From contig CAWKKR010000004.1 of NCBI GenBank assembly GCA_963850305.1, forward strand, positions 128,001 to 192,000: DNA of 64,000 bases, read 5' to 3'. Position 1 is the first letter of the stretch; each line of letters opens with the position of its first letter. The DNA is from an uncultured delta proteobacterium (lineage in GTDB: Bacteria > Myxococcota_A > Polyangia > Polyangiales > Polyangiaceae). The position numbers and the translations under genes were made by a program. The notes beneath the pieces were generated by a model. The model was not told the DNA's origin and made no database searches. It was given only the letters and a program-made list of their open reading frames with translations. This document shows, in pieces, positions 59,824 to 64,000 of the stretch.

Positions 59824-61491
59824 TCAAGGCCCGTGTGCGGCCTCGGGGGGCCGCGGAAGATGCGGCGAGACAGCGGCGTAGTTCACCATCCCAGCGATAG
59901 AGACGTGCGAGAGCGCCTCGATCAGCCGATGTGCGACCGGCGAGGCTGCCTTGACGTAAGAGACCCAGGTTTCCTGGTAGTTCGATCCCTGTGCCGCGAC
60001 CAGCACGTAGCCATGCGTCTCCGCGTACGCGATGAGCGTGTCGCTCGTGGCGCACCACCCTGACAAGAAATTCCCTTGGCCCTCCTGGCTCGACGTCGCG
60101 AGCGGGCTGGTCGGTGCGTGAAGAAAGATGACGTCCGGGTCGAGGGCAGCGAGTCGCGCGCTCGTGATGTGCCCATGGTGGGCGATCCATGCGTCGTTGA
60201 GCCCCCAGGCATCGATCGACGTCCAGCCCGAGCGGAGCGGAATGAGACCCGCTTCCGTCGTCACGATCACACGGCGCGAGCTCCTCACGGTGCGGAGCGC
60301 ATCAGCGACCAGCCCGCGAATATCCGCCTGCACCGGCTCCGCCGGTCGCACGTAGTGCGATACGCGAAATCCGAACAAGACGATCACGCACAGCGCGACC
60401 TCCGCTCTCGCCCAGCGATCCAGCCGTGGAGTCTGGCGCCGAGGCCACTCGTGGAGGAGGGGCGGAATGAGCCCGGTCGCGCCAATCGCCGCAATCATCA
60501 GGCCCGGGAGCTGGAAACGTCCGTCGCGGTTCATCTCGCTCGAGAGGAGCACCCACATCCCCGCGAAGAGGGCTAGCGGAATGGCCACCGCCAGCGCCTT
60601 TCTCCTCGTCGCAGGAAACGCGAGACCGCCGGCGAGGAGCACGAGAAACGGCCACGTGAGAGCCGCCATTTCCTTGATGGAGTCCTTCAAGCCGTCGAGA
60701 TGAAGGTGGCCACCGCCCTTCTTGTAGAATGGGTTCGGCAGGGGATAACCGAAGTAGTGCCAGCGCCACACCACGAAGAGCACACCGGCAGCCCCGACGA
60801 GCGACGCGATCAACACGACGCCGCGCAATGAACGGCGTCCATTCGAAATCAGTATGCTGAGGAGCGCGAAGGTCCCCACCAGAAAGCCTTCGGGGCGAAC
60901 GAGCCCCGCGACGACGATCGACACCGCTAGCGCGAGCTTCGAAAAAGCACCGTCCGGCTGGCGCGCGACGACCTCCACGAGCATCCACACGCACATGACC
61001 GAACAGACGAACACCGGGGTTCCGAAGCCCAGCTGCGCGATCCTGAACACCGGAGTGGTGAGGACGAACGCCGTCACGAACAGCGACGTCAGCGGTCGCA
61101 GTCGATGAAAGCGATGGAGGAACAAATAGGTGCCGGCCGCAATGAAAACGATTGCCGTGGCGTCGAGCGCGAAGACGGCGCTTTCGACCGTGAGCCCGAT
61201 CCGGACGAGGCCCGCCGTCAAGAGCATGAACAGCAGATCGGTGGCCCCGTCGAGCGGGTGTTCCCCGGGGTTCCAGACGACGCCGAGCCCGTGCGCCACG
61301 TTCTCCGCGTAGCGCATCAGCATGGCCGCATCCTCGGCGGGCTCGCTCTTCCTACCTCCGCTCAGTAGGAAGAGAAGCCAGCACGCGACCACGAGGGCGA
61401 CGATCGTCAACGCTTCGGTGCCGAGGGCCCCGGGCTTCCTCGAAAGGTCGAGCCCGGTCTCGGTTCGTGCGCGTTCGGTCGGCATGCTCAT
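59824..61491 (-). CDS. GT-C membrane glycosyltransferase (DD/ED-x-RYA-N family)
   Basis: EDAAMLMRYAENVAHGLGVVWNPGE, LVRPEG, YFGYPLPNPFYKK, DAWGLND. Confidence 0.8.
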   Translation of the reverse strand: MSMPTERARTETGLDLSRKPGALGTEALTIVALVVACWLLFLLSGGRKSEPAEDAAMLMRYAENVAHGLGVVWNPGEHPLDGATDLLFMLLTAGLVRIGLTVESAVFALDATAIVFIAAGTYLFLHRFHRLRPLTSLFVTAFVLTTPVFRIAQLGFGTPVFVCSVMCVWMLVEVVARQPDGAFSKLALAVSIVVAGLVRPEGFLVGTFALLSILISNGRRSLRGVVLIASLVGAAGVLFVVWRWHYFGYPLPNPFYKKGGGHLHLDGLKDSIKEMAALTWPFLVLLAGGLAFPATRRKALAVAIPLALFAGMWVLLSSEMNRDGRFQLPGLMIAAIGATGLIPPLLHEWPRRQTPRLDRWARAEVALCVIVLFGFRVSHYVRPAEPVQADIRGLVADALRTVRSSRRVIVTTEAGLIPLRSGWTSIDAWGLNDAWIAHHGHITSARLAALDPDVIFLHAPTSPLATSSQEGQGNFLSGWCATSDTLIAYAETHGYVLVAAQGSNYQETWVSYVKAASPVAHRLIEALSHVSIAGMVNYAAVSPHLPRPPEAAHGP

Positions 61492-61598
61492 CTGTGACGT
61501 TCACCGGGCGCCCATACGGGACAGGACGGCGGAGGCCGATTTCCGCCCGTTCGACGAGCCGGAAGGTTGCACGCGTCTCCGTCGTTGGCGAGCCATAT

Positions 61599-62252
61599 TC
61601 ACCGGCTCCGCACCCCCCGCGCACCGAACCACCCAGCCGTCAAAACATCGAGCGTGACCTCGGCTTCGGCACGCGATACCGCGGCGGCTTTCATGTCCTC
61701 GGACGTGCTCTTGGGGTCCTTTTCGCGAAGCGCGGCGCGTTGCCATGCAAATAGCGTATCGAGCACCCGGTTCACTAGCTTCGCAGCCGCGTCCGCACGT
61801 TCACGGCGCAAGCGCTCGACGGAAATCTCGTCGCGATCGAACGCGAGCCGGTCGAGGTGCCAGACGAGCCGCCCCTCGAGCCACCATCCAGCGCCTCCGT
61901 ACACCGAGTAACCGTTCGGGTCCGTCGTCGTCGGCGTGAGATGAAGGCTGTCGTCGGTCGTGCGTGCGACGCGTAGCGACACCTCCGGCCACGCCGCGGC
62001 CGACCGCGCCCGCGACGACAGGCTCGCGAGAGTTCGCCACTCGTCGGAAAAGCCCGCGGAGCGGAGAGCGACGGCGACCGCTTCCCGCGCAAGCGACGCC
62101 GTGACCACGACCGGAAGAAGAGTTGGTTGCTGCGGATCAGCGGACGTCCCGGCCGCCGTGCGCGGCGGAGAAGGTCGCGGGGGGTCGGCCCCGGCGCTCG
62201 CGACGGAAGACGAGACGGCGAGCGCGACAGCGCACGACCGGCGGCGGAACAT
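61599..62252 (-). CDS. Exported protein resembling a single OEP (half-TolC) repeat
   Basis: Signal peptide; ARSAAAWPEVSL, beta hairpin, LVWHLDRL, long helices, TLDVLTAG. Confidence 0.6.
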   Translation of the reverse strand: MFRRRSCAVALAVSSSVASAGADPPRPSPPRTAAGTSADPQQPTLLPVVVTASLAREAVAVALRSAGFSDEWRTLASLSSRARSAAAWPEVSLRVARTTDDSLHLTPTTTDPNGYSVYGGAGWWLEGRLVWHLDRLAFDRDEISVERLRRERADAAAKLVNRVLDTLFAWQRAALREKDPKSTSEDMKAAAVSRAEAEVTLDVLTAGWFGARGVRSR

Positions 62253-62271
62253 GCGCTCCCATCGGGCGACG

Positions 62272-64000
62272 TCACCCGCGAGTTGCTAATCTCGCGGGTC
62301 GGGCTCGACCACTGAAGACGAGGAGCGCGGCTGCCAGGAGGTACAGCCCCGCCGCCATCAGAAAGACCACGCGGAAGCCGAGATCGATCGCGATACCGAG
62401 CGCGAGCATGCCCCCGACGACGCTCGCCGTTCCGTTGACGAGCCAGAACCACGCTTTTCGCTGGTCGCCCCAGCGCGTGAGCCCCGAGGGGAACCACGCA
62501 CCGAGTTGCACGGCGACGCCCGCACTCAAGAGGGCGGCGACGAGTCCACGCATTGCCGGTCCGAACGCGCGCGTGGCATTGAAGATGCCCGGCGCCGACA
62601 GGCCCACGATGGCGATCACGAGGCTCGTTCCGATGAGCCACTGCCGCCCGGATCGTTCCGGCAGGACATACGACCCGACTCCGGCGCCGAGCAGCAGCCC
62701 TGCAAGCACGACGGCCGCGGAGGTCGTCGGGTGCCCGACATACTCGACGAACCGGTGCGACAGACCGACTTCCACCAGCATGAACGCGATCCCGATGAGC
62801 ACGTAATAAAGGCCGCCGCCGAGTGCGGCCAGTTGCTCGTCCTTCCGCTCGCGAAGCAATGGCAGCAGCAACGAAAACAGGAGCCCGAAGGCCGAGAGGA
62901 CCGCAACTCGCCGGATCGGGTCCAACCCTTGCGTGCTTCCGTCCACCCTGGCGAACGCGGGCTCGCGGATGAAGAAGAACGGGCGATCGTCGGTCGCGGG
63001 GGGCCGGGCGCAGTGCGCGCCGAGGGACGCCACGCACTCGTTCGCAGCCGACCCTGTCACGGGATAAACGACGTCCCAGCCGCGCAGTGTAGCGAGGTCG
63101 GCAGCACGGCGCCGCTCCTCCGGTGTGAAGGCCGCCGGGCTCGCCAGCACGGTGACGACGTGCGCCGATCGCTCGGCGAGCAGGTGATCTCCGGCGGGCG
63201 TCCACCCCTGGGCAGCGATTGCCGCGCTCATCGTCCCGAGCAGGCGCGACGATTCCGCGCCGTACCAGCGAGAAATCGAGAGAACGCCTCGCGGCTCGAG
63301 CTTGCCGAGAAACGTCCGCATCGCCTGGACCGTGTAGAGATACCCCTCGGACAGCGCGTGCGCGCCCGCGGCCGTCGAGGCGAAGCTGTCGATGAGCGAG
63401 ATCTGCACCGCGTCGTAGTGATTGTCGTCGCGCGCGAGGTAACTCCGGGCCTCGGCGAACTGCACGTCCACGCGCGGGTCGAAATAGATGCGGCCCGAGA
63501 AGGCGGCGAGCGGGCCCTTCATGAGCTCGATCATTCCGCGGTTCACCTCGACGGCACGGACGCGATGGGCTCCTTGCCGGAGCGCCGTCAGAATGTCGCG
63601 GCCGCCGCCTGGACCCACGACGAGGACCTCCGTCGCCGGGCGGATCTGGTATCCGAGCGAAGTGACGTCGTAATCGAGCGACGACAGCTTCCGGAAATCT
63701 CCCTTGAAGGCCATCACGGGAGTTCCCGCTCCCCCATCCTGCTCGATCCAACGTTCGCGGTGGTGATCCTCCGGCGGAGCGTTTCGCCCCGGACCCCACG
63801 TGAAGAACTGATCGGTGTGGAAGAAGAACGGTCGATCGAAGACGGCAAGCCGAGTGGTCGATGACCAGCGTTCCTCGATGACGCGCGCGTCGAGCTTCGT
63901 CTCGTCGTAGTTCTTGGTGTAATGAACGCGGAGCGGGGCTCCCCAGACGATGAGCGCGAAGGCCGCGACGGCGATGCCGGCCGCGGCCGCTCGCTCGCGC
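62272..64000 (-). CDS. Membrane spermidine-synthase-like SAM-dependent protein, 5' partial (indel near 63733)
   Basis: VLVVGPGGGRD, AVEVN, EARSYL, LSEGYLYT, ATDDRPFF, C-terminal TMs. The upstream frame ...IEQDG joins across a G-run. Confidence 0.85.
   Translation of the reverse strand, partial: RERAAAAGIAVAAFALIVWGAPLRVHYTKNYDETKLDARVIEERWSSTTRLAVFDRPFFFHTDQFFTWGPGRNAPPEDHHRERWIEQDGGAGTPVMAFKGDFRKLSSLDYDVTSLGYQIRPATEVLVVGPGGGRDILTALRQGAHRVRAVEVNRGMIELMKGPLAAFSGRIYFDPRVDVQFAEARSYLARDDNHYDAVQISLIDSFASTAAGAHALSEGYLYTVQAMRTFLGKLEPRGVLSISRWYGAESSRLLGTMSAAIAAQGWTPAGDHLLAERSAHVVTVLASPAAFTPEERRRAADLATLRGWDVVYPVTGSAANECVASLGAHCARPPATDDRPFFFIREPAFARVDGSTQGLDPIRRVAVLSAFGLLFSLLLPLLRERKDEQLAALGGGLYYVLIGIAFMLVEVGLSHRFVEYVGHPTTSAAVVLAGLLLGAGVGSYVLPERSGRQWLIGTSLVIAIVGLSAPGIFNATRAFGPAMRGLVAALLSAGVAVQLGAWFPSGLTRWGDQRKAWFWLVNGTASVVGGMLALGIAIDLGFRVVFLMAAGLYLLAAALLVFSGRARPARLATRG

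Overview
A GC-rich bacterial window that looks myxobacterial (Polyangiaceae/Sorangiineae-like). This is inferred from the Ser/Thr kinase fusions, the TonB_C-TBDR fusion and the Gly/Ser-linker lipoproteins. It holds about 50 genes. Left to right: a partial alpha/beta hydrolase; a CzcCBA-type RND efflux operon with a decayed histidine kinase; a beta-barrel gene paired with a 7-PKD-domain lipoprotein; an Omp85 paralogue; HtrA; prmA; Fpg/Nei; ABC-F; a second Omp85 paralogue; DUF4390; SirC-like; a PhaC-like hydrolase; a kinase-FHA-degenerate GGDEF fusion; a metallophosphoesterase; an HD protein; a TBDR plus lipoprotein; DUF2239; xth; DUF1704; a membrane-bound degenerate sigma54-activator; a large kinase-AAA-TPR; an SLT lipoprotein; MoxR; astA; a 21-bp tandem repeat array; a GT-C glycosyltransferase; an esterase; the prfB (programmed +1 frameshift)-lysS-lolC/E-lolD-dapA-like operon; a second GT-C; a half-TolC-like protein; and a partial membrane spermidine-synthase-like gene. 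Several single-base frameshifts in otherwise intact genes look like long-read errors. I saw no rRNA, tRNA, CRISPR array or IS element. No single new system is proven from sequence alone. The best leads are the single-repeat (half) TolC-like protein, the barrel + Cys-stapled PKD lipoprotein pair, the DUF2239 operator/leaderless promoter, the heptad repeat array and several apparent pseudoenzymes. All family calls come from motif recognition by eye, not from database searches.
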